The position numbers and the translations under genes are program-made. Of a stretch of 64,000 bases of DNA, positions 8,788 to 18,831 are shown one piece after another. This stretch comes from Armatimonadota bacterium (GTDB lineage Bacteria > Armatimonadota > SYMT01): NCBI GenBank assembly GCA_041690135.1, contig JAWLHY010000002.1, positions 192,001 to 256,000 of the forward strand. The letters are read 5' to 3'. Numbering within the stretch: position 1 is the stretch's first letter; every line of letters starts with the position of its first letter. The notes beneath the pieces are model-generated. The model did not search any database and was not told where the DNA came from. It worked only from the letters and a program-made list of their open reading frames with translations.

Positions 8788-10113
8788 TTACCCCCAGAGT
8801 TCCTGGATCACCTTACCGCCCTGGGCGAGGTGGATCGGGCGGCCGGTGGGGGTGATGTATTGCTTGTTATGATCGATGCCGAGCGTGTGGTACAGGGTGG
8901 TGGCCACGTCTTCCACGTGCACCGGCCGGTCCGCCGGCACGCCGCCCTGCTCGTCGCTCTTGCCGATGACCTGTCCGCCGTGGATACCGGCGCCGGCGAA
9001 CACCACGAACCGGCAGCGGGACCAGTGGTCGCGGCCGCCCCGCGGGTTGATCTTCGGCGTGCGGCCGAACTCGCCCATCAGCACCACCAGTGTCTTGTCG
9101 AGCATCCCGCGCTGGGAGAGGTCCGCGATGAGACCGGCGAAGGCCTTGTCGAGCTCCGGCAGCAGACGGGTGGAGAGGTTCTGGAAGTTGTTCTGGTGGG
9201 TGTCCCAGCCATTCTTCTGGATCGTCACGAACCGGGCGCCGCCTTCCACCAACCGCCGGCCGAGGAGAGCACCCTGGCCGTAGGTGGTCTGCCCGTACAT
9301 CTCCCGGATCGAGTTGGGCTCCTGGCTGATGTCGAACGCCTTCTTCGCGTCACTGGAGGTCACCAACTCGTAAGCCCGCTCGTAGAAGGTGTCCACCGCC
9401 TTGACGTTGCCGTCCGGCAGGGCTGCCGCGAACCGGTCGTTCATCCGCTGGGTGAACCCGCGGCGCCGGGCGAGGCGCGAGTCGTTCACCCCACGCGGCA
9501 GGTTCACGTCCTGGACGCGGAAGTTGCCGGCGGAGGGGTCGGCCACGGTGAAGGCGTTGTAGCCGCCGCCGATGAAGCCGGCCTGGCCGCCGCGCCCGAT
9601 GTCCGGGATGGCGATGTACGCCGGGATGTTGTTCTTGGGGCCCAGTTCCTTGGAGACCACGGAGCCGTAGCTGGCGTACTCCAGGGTCGGCAGCGGGCGG
9701 TAGCCCGTGAGCAGGTACTGCGTGGCCTGCTCGTGGGCCGCGATGTTCGAGGTCAGCGAGCGGACAATGGCGATCTTATCCGTCACCCTTGCCGTGTGGG
9801 GCAGGTGCTCGGAGATCCGGATGCCGGAGACGTTGGTCTCGATGGCGTTGAACTCGCCGCGAATCTCGGACGGCGCGTCCGGCTTCGGGTCGAACGTGTC
9901 CAGGTGGCTCGGGCCACCGGAGCACCAGAGCAGGATGACCGATTCCGCCTTCGGAGCGTTCGACGCTCCGGCCGCCGCGGCGGCACTGCGCAGGGACAGG
10001 AACTGGGGCAGGGAGAGCCCGAAGAAGGAGAGGGCGCCCACCTTCATCAGGTCGCGGCGGTTCACTCCCTCGCAGTTCCGAGCGACGTTGTTGCCAAGCA
10101 AAACAGTCTTCAT
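8788..10113 (-). CDS. DUF1501 domain protein (Tat-like RR motif)
   Basis: CEGVNRRDLMKVG, GGPSHLDTFDPKP, WDTH, GEFGRTP, GRDHW. Confidence 0.93.
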   Translation of the reverse strand: MKTVLLGNNVARNCEGVNRRDLMKVGALSFFGLSLPQFLSLRSAAAAAGASNAPKAESVILLWCSGGPSHLDTFDPKPDAPSEIRGEFNAIETNVSGIRISEHLPHTARVTDKIAIVRSLTSNIAAHEQATQYLLTGYRPLPTLEYASYGSVVSKELGPKNNIPAYIAIPDIGRGGQAGFIGGGYNAFTVADPSAGNFRVQDVNLPRGVNDSRLARRRGFTQRMNDRFAAALPDGNVKAVDTFYERAYELVTSSDAKKAFDISQEPNSIREMYGQTTYGQGALLGRRLVEGGARFVTIQKNGWDTHQNNFQNLSTRLLPELDKAFAGLIADLSQRGMLDKTLVVLMGEFGRTPKINPRGGRDHWSRCRFVVFAGAGIHGGQVIGKSDEQGGVPADRPVHVEDVATTLYHTLGIDHNKQYITPTGRPIHLAQGGKVIQELWG

Positions 10114-10128
10114 AGTAAACCCTCCGGC

Positions 10129-12879
10129 CTAATGGTTAAAGAGGAACTCGCGGGAGTTGAGCAGGCTCCACATCAGGTCTTCGATCCCCTCCTTGCGGGA
10201 CGCCGAGGACCGCAGCAGGGCGGCGGCCTCCTCCATCTCGGTGGGGTTGGGCCGCCGGCTCAGGGCAGCCAGATACAGCTCTTCGATGACGAGCGGGTCC
10301 GGCTTCCCGGAGGCCGCCAGGGACTGGACACGGCTCTGGGGAGCGGCGATCTTCTGGTTCACGATGTCCCCGTTGATCAGCGCCAGGGCCTGCCCGATGT
10401 TCCCGTCCGAAGAGCGCTCGCACTCGCACACGGCTTCCCGGCGCGGCTTGCCGAACGTGTTCAGGAACTGGGCCGCCGGCAGGAGGCCGCCGCGGTTCTG
10501 GCCCGGCACGATGCCCGCCAACTGCATCACGCGGGTCACCTGTCCTTCCGGCATGGCATCCAGGGCCGCCTGGACCTGCAGGTTGGCTACCTGCGGCCGG
10601 CGGCGGCGGTTCCGTCCGATCGGACCGGTCTCCAGGAAAACGCCGGTGGCCTGGCTGATGCTGTCGTAAAGCTGCTCAGCCATCAGGCGCTTCGGATAGA
10701 ACCGGGCAAAGTTGGCGGTATCCGCCTGGTTGTACTGATTCGGCTTCGAGGACTGCTGGTAGGCGCGCGAATTCAGGATCACGCGGTGCATGTGCTTCAC
10801 GTCGAACTTGTGATCCGTGAAGTCCTTGGCCAGCGCAGCCAGCAGTTCCGGGTTCGAGGCCGGGTTCGTGACGCGGAAGTCGTCGATCGGCTCGACGATG
10901 CCGCGGCCGAAGTAGTGGCCCCACAGGCGGTTCACCAGCGCGGGGGAGAACCACGCATTGGAAGGCGAGGTCATCCACTCCGCGAAGGCCACGCGGCGGT
11001 CATCCCCGCGGTCGAACTTGCGGAGCTCGACATCGTCCAGCGTCTTCGGGTCCATCACCTCGTTGGTCTTCGGATGCCGAGGACCGGGAGCCCGGGGATT
11101 GTACTGGACCACGTTCGGCGCCTGGTTTCCACCCTGAGCACGGATGCCGGTGAAGAAGGCGGCCAGACCGTAGTAGTCGTTCTGCGTCCACTTCTCGAAC
11201 GGATGGTTGTGGCACCGGGCGCACTCGATCCGCACTCCCATGAAGATCTGGCTGGTGGCACTGGTGACATCCAGCGGATCCCGGGAGATCACGTAGTAGT
11301 TGGACGCCGGGTTCGGCGCAACCGAGTTCACCAGCCGGGCCAACTGCTCGCCGCGCGGGTTGCGCTGGAGCTGCGGGGGCAAGTTGTTCAGGTCCAACAC
11401 CAGGTTGGTGTTCTTCCCCTTGGCCGTGATCAGGTCGCGGGTGAACTCGTCGAACGGTCGGTTCGCGGCCACCTGCTCGCGGATCCACTTCGCGAAGGCG
11501 CCGACCCCGAGGCGGGTGAGCCGCGGATTGTTGCGGAGCGTGTCGTTCCACTTCATCGCCCACAGGTCGACGTGCTCTTCCCGCTCCAGCAGCACGTCGA
11601 TGAGCTTGGCGCGCTTGTTGGGCGACGAGTCGCTGACGAAGGAGCGGACTTCCTCCGGCGTGGGGATGATGCCGCAGACGTCGAGGTAGACGCGGCGCAC
11701 GAACTCCTCATCCGTGCAGAGGTCGCTCGGCACCATGTGGAGCTTCTGGAGCTTCTTCTGCACGAATTCGTCGATGTAGTTGTTCTGCGCCAGCTTCGGG
11801 TACTTCTCCGGCTTCAGCGCGGGCAGCACGGCCACCCGGGAGATGGCGACCTGGCCCAGGTAGCGGACCATCACGGCGGTTTCGCCCTGGCGCCGGGCCG
11901 TGACGTTGCCGTATTCGTCCACTTCGGCGATGGCGTCGTCGTTGCTGCTGAACAGCACCTTGTCCGTCACGTCGCGGGTGGTGCCGTCCGACATCACCGC
12001 GGTCACCGCCAGCCGTTGCTTCACGCCGGGGCGCGGCATCCACGGCTCGTCGGGGATCACCACTACCTGCTTGACGCGCGCCTCGAACTCGGCCAGGCCG
12101 GAAGCGCCGTCCTTCAGCCACTGGAGCAGTGTCTTGTATTCGGGGCTGCCGACCTTGAACCGCATCCCACCGCCGTGCGGCACGGCCATGGTCGCCTTGG
12201 TAAGGAGCAGGCTCTTCTCCGGCTCCTTCAGGTTCACGCGGCGTCCGTCGTCCGATTTGACGATCGCCGGGTGATCCAGGTCCGGCTCGTAGCCGAACAG
12301 GGAAAGCTTGAATCCGCCCTTGCCGACCGGCGAGCCGTGGCAGGCGGTGTTGTTGCATCCGCCCTTGGCCAGGATCGGCATCACGTCGTTGATGAAGTCC
12401 AGCGGGCTCTCCGCGTCGGCGTTGGCCACGGTGAAGTCCGCGCCGCCCGACTTCAGCTTGCCGAGCGTGGCCGTAACGCGGGTCTCTCCATCCTTAACCG
12501 GGTAGAGCACGCCGCCGGCGATCTTCGCGACGCTCTTGTCGCTGAGCCCGAAGGTGACGTGGTCCGTCACGTCGACGGTGGCGCCGTCCCGCGTGGTGCC
12601 GAGTACGATCAATCGCTGGCTGGAGCGCGGGCCTTCGAGTGCGGCCGAGGCGGGCGCGACATCGAGGCTGGTTAGATCCTTGAAGAGGGCCGTAACCGGA
12701 TCGGCGGGCTTCTTCTGCGTGGCGCCGGTCGTGGACCGGGTAGGTTTGGCGGCCGGCCGGGAGACCTTCTTCACCGGCTTGCGCGCCGGGCTCTTCCGGG
12801 CCGGGGCTGCCTGCGCGTTAGCTGTTACCAGCAGCGCGGCTGCCGCCATCCCGGCCCCCCAGAGGAGTCGTTCTTTCAT
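10129..12879 (-). CDS. DUF1549/DUF1553 (PSCyt2/PSD1) protein with Ig-like repeats
   Basis: Signal peptide, GCNNTACHG, FVRRVYLD, CARCHNHPFEKW, VNRLWGHYFGRG, CECER, LLNSREFLFNH. Confidence 0.93.
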   Translation of the reverse strand: MKERLLWGAGMAAAALLVTANAQAAPARKSPARKPVKKVSRPAAKPTRSTTGATQKKPADPVTALFKDLTSLDVAPASAALEGPRSSQRLIVLGTTRDGATVDVTDHVTFGLSDKSVAKIAGGVLYPVKDGETRVTATLGKLKSGGADFTVANADAESPLDFINDVMPILAKGGCNNTACHGSPVGKGGFKLSLFGYEPDLDHPAIVKSDDGRRVNLKEPEKSLLLTKATMAVPHGGGMRFKVGSPEYKTLLQWLKDGASGLAEFEARVKQVVVIPDEPWMPRPGVKQRLAVTAVMSDGTTRDVTDKVLFSSNDDAIAEVDEYGNVTARRQGETAVMVRYLGQVAISRVAVLPALKPEKYPKLAQNNYIDEFVQKKLQKLHMVPSDLCTDEEFVRRVYLDVCGIIPTPEEVRSFVSDSSPNKRAKLIDVLLEREEHVDLWAMKWNDTLRNNPRLTRLGVGAFAKWIREQVAANRPFDEFTRDLITAKGKNTNLVLDLNNLPPQLQRNPRGEQLARLVNSVAPNPASNYYVISRDPLDVTSATSQIFMGVRIECARCHNHPFEKWTQNDYYGLAAFFTGIRAQGGNQAPNVVQYNPRAPGPRHPKTNEVMDPKTLDDVELRKFDRGDDRRVAFAEWMTSPSNAWFSPALVNRLWGHYFGRGIVEPIDDFRVTNPASNPELLAALAKDFTDHKFDVKHMHRVILNSRAYQQSSKPNQYNQADTANFARFYPKRLMAEQLYDSISQATGVFLETGPIGRNRRRRPQVANLQVQAALDAMPEGQVTRVMQLAGIVPGQNRGGLLPAAQFLNTFGKPRREAVCECERSSDGNIGQALALINGDIVNQKIAAPQSRVQSLAASGKPDPLVIEELYLAALSRRPNPTEMEEAAALLRSSASRKEGIEDLMWSLLNSREFLFNH

Positions 12880-13016
12880 GAAACCATCACCCCCGTGCAG
12901 CGTGGATCGTGGGGCGCCTGTCGTCCCGGGGGCGCTCCGCACGGTTGTCTACTGACTGCTACTATGGCAGACGGGGTGACGGGGAAGAGGGTTCAGAAAA
13001 GTGTACGGTATCCGCC

Positions 13017-14708
13017 CTACAACTTATGCAGGAACTGCAGCAGGTCGGAGGGGTCCACGGGCTTGGTCAGGTGGAAGTCGAAGCCGGCCTCGCGGGCGCG
13101 GCGCCGGTCCTCTTCCTGGCCGTAGCCGGAGATGGCGATGAGGCGCACTCGCCGGAGTTCCGGGTCCTCTCGCAGGGCCCGCGCGACCTCGAACCCGTCC
13201 AGGCCCGGCAGGCCCAGATCGCAAAGGATCACTTCCGGTTGGAACCGGTGGGCCGCCTGCAGCCCGGCCGGGCCGGTGTAGGCGAGCTCCACCTCGTGAC
13301 CGGAAAGCTCCAGGTAGTCCCGGAGGGCCTGGGCGGCATCCCGGTTGTCTTCGATCATCAGGATGCGGAAGATGCGGCGGGAGCCACGCCGCGGGGAGCC
13401 GCCGAACTCCCGGCTCTCCGCGGCGGAGGTGAGCGGCAGGGTGAAGGAGAACTCGGCGCCCCGGCCCGGTCCCTCGCTCCCGGCGCGGACGTTCCCACCA
13501 TGAAGCTCGACCAACCCCTTGACCAGCGCCAGGCCCAGCCCCAGGCCGCCCCGGCTGCGGTCGAGGGTGCGGTCGGCCTGGGCAAAGGTGTCGAACACAT
13601 GGGGCAGCATTTCCGGGCTGATGCCCATGCCGGAATCGCGCACGTTGACCACGGCCCACCCGCCTCCCGCAGCCGGGGCGGCGGGCTCGCAGGGTGTCGG
13701 GCTCTGGCCGGGAGTTCCTGGGAGGCTCGTCACGGGCGCGTCCGTTTCGGTGGTCGTCAGGGTGACGGTCACCTGTCCCCCGCTGTCGGTGAACTTGAGG
13801 GCATTGCTGAGCAGGTTGCCCAGGACCTGCGAGAGCCGCACCGCGTCCCCGTGGACCCAGACCGGCTCTTCCGGAACCTCGGCCGCGAGCGTCAGTTCCC
13901 CCTGCTCCAGCGCGGGCCGGTGGTCCGTTACGGTGTCCCGCACTACCCGGCCGAGGTCGAGGCGCTCGCAGGTCAGGAGCATCTTGCCCCGGGTAATGCG
14001 CGATACGTCGAGGAGCTCGTCCAGAAGGTGACCCTGGTGGCGGATCTGGCGGTCCAGGATCGCGGTGGCCTTGGTGAAGCGCTCCCGGTCGCTTCCGGCG
14101 ACTTTCAACACCTCCACGGCGTTGCGGATGGCGGCCAGGGGGTTGCGCAGCTCGTGCGCCAACATCGCCAGGAACTCGTCCTTCCGCCGGTGCGCTTCCT
14201 CCAGTTCGCGGTTCTTCAGTTCCAGTTCGTCGTGCTGGGCCTGCAGCCGCTTGAGCATGTCCAGCTTCTCGACGGCCCGGAGCACGGCCCGCTGCACGGC
14301 CGTGGGGGTGACCCGACCCTTGATCAGGTAGTCCTGCGCGCCGCTCTTTAGCGCGTCGACCGCCACCTCTTCACTCCCGGTCCCGGTGAGCATGATCACG
14401 GGCAGGGCATCGGTTCCCGTCTCGTCCGCCAGCGCACGGAGGAAGTCCAGGCCGTCCATATCCGGCAGGTGGAAATCGAGCAGTACCGTGTCGGGCTGCT
14501 CTCGCCGGAAAAGCTCCAGGCCTTCCCCGCCGGTCTCGGCCTCGATCAAAGCACAGGTCAGGCTGCCCTCGCGCGTGAGGTAACGCTTGACCGTTTCCCG
14601 GTCTTCGGGGGTATCGTCAACGATCAGGAGTTTCAAGGGCTCCCGGGCCTTCCGTGCAGGAGTCTCAGCGGCTGATGTAAGGGGTTCGGAGGGTTCGTGC
14701 GTGGCCAT
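13017..14708 (-). CDS. Hybrid sensor kinase REC-HisKA-HATPase-REC
   Basis: LLIVDD...[33 protein letters not shown], and a second receiver ILCDLGLP. Confidence 0.93.
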   Translation of the reverse strand: MATHEPSEPLTSAAETPARKAREPLKLLIVDDTPEDRETVKRYLTREGSLTCALIEAETGGEGLELFRREQPDTVLLDFHLPDMDGLDFLRALADETGTDALPVIMLTGTGSEEVAVDALKSGAQDYLIKGRVTPTAVQRAVLRAVEKLDMLKRLQAQHDELELKNRELEEAHRRKDEFLAMLAHELRNPLAAIRNAVEVLKVAGSDRERFTKATAILDRQIRHQGHLLDELLDVSRITRGKMLLTCERLDLGRVVRDTVTDHRPALEQGELTLAAEVPEEPVWVHGDAVRLSQVLGNLLSNALKFTDSGGQVTVTLTTTETDAPVTSLPGTPGQSPTPCEPAAPAAGGGWAVVNVRDSGMGISPEMLPHVFDTFAQADRTLDRSRGGLGLGLALVKGLVELHGGNVRAGSEGPGRGAEFSFTLPLTSAAESREFGGSPRRGSRRIFRILMIEDNRDAAQALRDYLELSGHEVELAYTGPAGLQAAHRFQPEVILCDLGLPGLDGFEVARALREDPELRRVRLIAISGYGQEEDRRRAREAGFDFHLTKPVDPSDLLQFLHKL

Positions 14709-14735
14709 TCTTGAACTGCAGAATCGCGACGGGCG

Positions 14736-17024
14736 TTAGGCTGGCGGCGTAGGCAGGGTGAAACAGAAGGTAGTACCCAACCCAGGCTCCGATTCAATCC
14801 AGATCTTACCGCCGTGCCGCTCCACGATGCGCCGGGCAATCGTTAGTCCCGCGCCGGTGCCGCCGCCGTAATGCTCCCGACCGTGGAGACGCCGGAACAT
14901 CGTAAACACCGCCTCGCGGTCTTTCTCCGGGATACCGATCCCATTATCGCGCACGTACAGTACCGGAACGGCCTCTCCGGAATCGGGTTCTTCCGAGAGG
15001 GCTTCCCGATAACCGATCTCGATCCACTTCTCCACCTTATCATTGTATTTCATCGCATTGGTGATGAGGTTGGTGTAGAGATCGACTACTCGCACGCGGT
15101 CGCAGCAGAGGGTGGGGAGAGGGCGGGGCAGCCTGACCTCCACCTGCTCCTGTTCCAGGCGCGGGCCGAGCAGCGCGAGAACATCCTTTACCAGTTCGGT
15201 GAGGTCGGTCTCGCCCACCGCTAGCTCGGTCCGCCCCACGCGGGAGTAGTGGAGCAGGGCTTCCATCTGCTGCTCCATCCGGTTGCAGAGCTGCTGGATG
15301 GTGGTTAGCCGTCCCAGCCCTTCCGCATCCAGTTGTTCCTGGTAGTCTTCCAGTAGGAACATAGCATAGTTGCGGATCCCTCGCAGCGGCTCGCGGAGGT
15401 CGTGGGACGCGACGTGGGCGAAGGCGTCCAGTTCCGTGTTGCTGCGGGCCAGTTCGACGTTCAGTTTTTCGAGGTTGCTTTTGGCCTCCGTTTCGGCCTG
15501 GCGCAGGAGGGAATCGACCAGGGCCGCGCGCAGCTCGATCGCCGCCTCCAGCTCTGCCGGATGCCAGGGGCGAGATCGTCCGCGAACCGTCTCCTTCCAG
15601 AGCTCGAATGATTTCCTGGGGTGGATGCGCGGTCCCCCCGGCTCGGTTCGTACCGGCTTGCGGGGGTCGCCGCTCCAGTTGACCACCCGGACCACTTCGG
15701 GACGGAACCAGAGGAGACGGCTGGTGCGGGAGAGGGTGACCGAGAGAAGGCCGCTGGCGGCATCCCGCACGGCCTCGGCTTCCGGCCAGCGGGTGGGAAG
15801 AGCATCCGTGGCAACGGGCTCGTCCACGTGCTGGGTCTCCAGCCATCCGACGAGGCGGCGCACGGCCTCCGCGGGGGGTGTCTCACCCAGCAGGAAGACC
15901 TCTTCTTCCTGGATGAGCGCGGCGCCGGCGGCTCCTACCAGCTTCAGGAGGTCCTCCGTCCCTTCAGACAGGGCCTGGGGCAGCCCGATCTCGGGTGCCA
16001 CCCGCGCGCGCAGGCGGGTAAGAGTGGACCGCAGCTCGAAGCGGTAGTCCAGATCTTCCTGTCGCTCCCGCAGGCTGAACTGCAAGGAGAGCATCTGGCC
16101 GAGGAACTCGCAGGCGCTCCGCACCGCGTAAGGAACGTGCCGCGGCGTGCGGTGATGGAGGGCGATGAGGCCCCAGAGCTTCCCCTCCCGCAGCAGCGAG
16201 ACCGACATGGAGGCACCCACTTCCATGTTCTGCAGGTACTCGATGTGCACGGGGGAGACGCTCCGCAGGACGCTGAAGCTCATATCCAATGGGCAGCCGG
16301 TGAGGGGGTTGAGCGCTGGTTCCAGGCCCACGGGCCGGTAGTCCACGTCCGAGATCAGCCGGATCCAGTTGATCGTGTAGAGCTGACGGGCCTGGGCCGG
16401 AATATCCGAGGCGGGATAATGCAATCCCAGGAACGGCTCCATCTCTTCTGCACGCGCTTCGGCGATCACCTCGCCGTTCCACTCCGGATCGAACTGGTAG
16501 ACCATCACCCGGTCGAAATCGGTGATGCTGCGGACTTCTTCCGCCGCGGCCTGGCAGAGCTCGCGAATAGTGCCTGCGCCCTGGAGACGCGCGAGGGAGC
16601 CGCGGACCCGGTGGTAGAAGTCGGGGAAGGAACTCTCCACTCCTGGATCGGCCGGCTCCAGCTCCAGGATGAGGAGCCCGTCGTGACGGTGGAACAGGGC
16701 GTCGAAGGTTCGGATCCCGCGCTGGAGATGGCAGGTCAGCGACCGCGGACGCGGGGTGCCCCCCGCCGCCTCTCGCAGGTGTGCGCGCACCTGCGCCCCG
16801 GCTGCTTCCCCCAGGATCTCTTCGAGGGGACGCTCCAGCACCGCCGACGGCTCCTGGCCCAGAAGCACTTCGGTGTTGGCGCTCGCGACGCGGCAGAGGA
16901 GGCCCGGCTCTTCCAGGGCCAGCAAGACACCGTGAGGCTGAATGCGACCCGGAATGTGGATCGGCTCCCGGGCGCATTCCTGGAGGTCCGGCTGCGGCTG
17001 CAGCGGGGTCGTGTCGGAGTTCAT
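14736..17024 (-). CDS. bphP: Bacteriophytochrome (PAS-GAF-PHY-histidine kinase)
   Basis: N-terminal bilin Cys in ECAREPIHIPG, PASDIP, SPVHIEYL, PRKSF tongue, ASHDLREP. Confidence 0.96.
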   Translation of the reverse strand: MNSDTTPLQPQPDLQECAREPIHIPGRIQPHGVLLALEEPGLLCRVASANTEVLLGQEPSAVLERPLEEILGEAAGAQVRAHLREAAGGTPRPRSLTCHLQRGIRTFDALFHRHDGLLILELEPADPGVESSFPDFYHRVRGSLARLQGAGTIRELCQAAAEEVRSITDFDRVMVYQFDPEWNGEVIAEARAEEMEPFLGLHYPASDIPAQARQLYTINWIRLISDVDYRPVGLEPALNPLTGCPLDMSFSVLRSVSPVHIEYLQNMEVGASMSVSLLREGKLWGLIALHHRTPRHVPYAVRSACEFLGQMLSLQFSLRERQEDLDYRFELRSTLTRLRARVAPEIGLPQALSEGTEDLLKLVGAAGAALIQEEEVFLLGETPPAEAVRRLVGWLETQHVDEPVATDALPTRWPEAEAVRDAASGLLSVTLSRTSRLLWFRPEVVRVVNWSGDPRKPVRTEPGGPRIHPRKSFELWKETVRGRSRPWHPAELEAAIELRAALVDSLLRQAETEAKSNLEKLNVELARSNTELDAFAHVASHDLREPLRGIRNYAMFLLEDYQEQLDAEGLGRLTTIQQLCNRMEQQMEALLHYSRVGRTELAVGETDLTELVKDVLALLGPRLEQEQVEVRLPRPLPTLCCDRVRVVDLYTNLITNAMKYNDKVEKWIEIGYREALSEEPDSGEAVPVLYVRDNGIGIPEKDREAVFTMFRRLHGREHYGGGTGAGLTIARRIVERHGGKIWIESEPGLGTTFCFTLPTPPA

Positions 17025-17036
17025 TCGTTCAGTTTT

Positions 17037-17615
17037 CTAGGACATCCAGCGCTCGAACGCCTGGAACGTTTCGCGGGCCGCTTCCACCGTCTCCGTCTCG
17101 GTGGTCGGGGGGACCGAGCGAACCAGCAGGGCGCGGAAAGCGAGCCACATCGCTCCCGTCCGCGCGCCGTACCCGCGGAAGAAGGCGTGGTGCGCGGCGA
17201 TCTCCGGATCCAGGCGAGCGAGATGCCGGGAGATGACCTGCCCACCCAGCGTCGCCCCTTCCAGCACATAGAGACAGCCGAGCGCGCGCGGAAAACTATC
17301 AAGCTGCGGCAGCGCATCACACCCGGCCAATGCGGAGAGCTCGATAGGGGAGAGACCCAGCCCCAGCAAGTCCCGACGAAGGAGGGGGCACTTAAGGCGA
17401 GGCCCCAGCGGAAAGCCGGCCTCCTGCCATTCGCTTAGGGCCGCCAGATGCGCTTCCAAGGGCGCATGGAAACCGTAAAGGCGCTCCAGCAGGCGTCGAT
17501 ACTCCTCCACCGAGAGTCCGGGATCCAGCACCGGCAACAGACGCTCCACCCGCGCATGCTCCTTCCGGGTGGCCTGCTTCAACCGCTCCGGAAACCCTTC
17601 CTGACCTTGCCCCAA
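17037..17615 (-). CDS. bphO: Biliverdin-producing heme oxygenase
   Basis: LKQATRKEH, LYVLEGATLGG; directly upstream of bphP. Confidence 0.93.
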   Translation of the reverse strand: MGQGQEGFPERLKQATRKEHARVERLLPVLDPGLSVEEYRRLLERLYGFHAPLEAHLAALSEWQEAGFPLGPRLKCPLLRRDLLGLGLSPIELSALAGCDALPQLDSFPRALGCLYVLEGATLGGQVISRHLARLDPEIAAHHAFFRGYGARTGAMWLAFRALLVRSVPPTTETETVEAARETFQAFERWMS

Positions 17616-17775
17616 CCTCTCACATCTCCCTGGAATAGCCGGGTACTCCTCGCCTGCTGCCGTGCCCCACCAAAAGTATGACCGCAGATCACCCAGGATT
17701 ACACCTCAAGACTGTGATGCGTTACGTCCGCGCTCCATGCGCCCAACGTCCCATACAGCGTGCTACAATGCAGAG

Positions 17776-18216
17776 ATGCAACGGACGGCCCTGATCACCT
17801 GTGAGTTCAACTTCGAAGCCAGCCACCAGCTCCGCCGCGACGATTGGTCCGACGCGGAGAACGAGGCGGTCTTCGGCAACTGCGCGCGCCTGCACGGCCA
17901 CAGCTACCGGCTGCTGGTGACCCTGCGCGGACCGATCGATCCCGATACCGGAATGGTGAGCAATTTTCGGGACGTGAAGCGGGCGGTGCGGGAGCGGGTG
18001 ATCTTGCGGTTGGACCACCAGCACCTGGACGGCGTGGTGGGTGGACTGACCACGGCCGAGAACCTTTGCTACTGGATCGGCGCCCAGCTCTTGCCGGAGT
18101 TCGGTATTCGTCTCCACCGGATCGAGCTCTGGGAGACGCGGTCTGCCTCGGCCGTGCTCACGGAAGTGGAGTTGGCCGAGCTGGACCGCTCGCTGCCCCA
18201 CGTCCGGATGGCGTAA
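17776..18216 (+). CDS. queD: 6-carboxytetrahydropterin synthase (QueD/PTPS family)
   Basis: FEASH, CARLHGHSY, LDH, TAENL, ELWET. Confidence 0.9.
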   Translation: MQRTALITCEFNFEASHQLRRDDWSDAENEAVFGNCARLHGHSYRLLVTLRGPIDPDTGMVSNFRDVKRAVRERVILRLDHQHLDGVVGGLTTAENLCYWIGAQLLPEFGIRLHRIELWETRSASAVLTEVELAELDRSLPHVRMA

Positions 18217-18439
18217 GCCCCAGGATCAGCCGGGAGAGGGCTTGCTGTTTCGGAACCGGGAAGATCGAAACTTTGATGCCGCGGGCGTGGAGGCGATTCG
18301 CCCTCCCATCACTAACCTAGGAGAGTGCTCGGGAAGCTTCTCCGGTTTACCTGGCCGGTTAACGGCCTGCCAACCGGAAGAATGCATGCCCTGGCGAGCT
18401 GCGAGCATTACGAATTGCCCGTCGGAGAGCGGCAGAACG

Positions 18440-18823
18440 ATGAGTAAGTGTGTCCTGGTTGTAGACGACCAGCCCCATATTGTGCGGTTGATACAGGTCA
18501 ACCTGGAGAAGGAAGGATTCCAGGTCGCGACCGCCGGAGATGGTGTGGAAGGCCTGCGCAAGGCTCGCGAAATCCGGCCCGACCTGGTGATCCTCGATGT
18601 GATCATGCCGCGGAAGGATGGGTTCGAGGTGCTGCGGGAGCTCAAGTCCGACCGCGAGTTGGCGGACGTGCCGGTCATTATGTTGACCGTAAAGACCCAC
18701 AACGCCGATATCGTCGAGGGTTTGAAGGAAGGCGCCGAGCTGTATCTTCCCAAACCCTTCCATCCCAAAGAGCTGGTAGCCCTGGTGAAGCGGGTGCTGG
18801 AAACCGGCCTACCTTTCGAGTAG
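18440..18823 (+). CDS. Single-domain response regulator
   Basis: VLVVDD, ILDVIMP, VIMLT, KPF. Confidence 0.92.
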   Translation: MSKCVLVVDDQPHIVRLIQVNLEKEGFQVATAGDGVEGLRKAREIRPDLVILDVIMPRKDGFEVLRELKSDRELADVPVIMLTVKTHNADIVEGLKEGAELYLPKPFHPKELVALVKRVLETGLPFE

Positions 18824-18831
18824 TAGAGGGA

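Noticed and set aside
8632-12675. 1347-aa plus-strand ORF and similar long ORFs (e.g. 15621-17438, 48588-50282, 55646-57976)
   Set aside because: Antisense shadows of well-supported genes, typical of high-GC codon bias; no motifs
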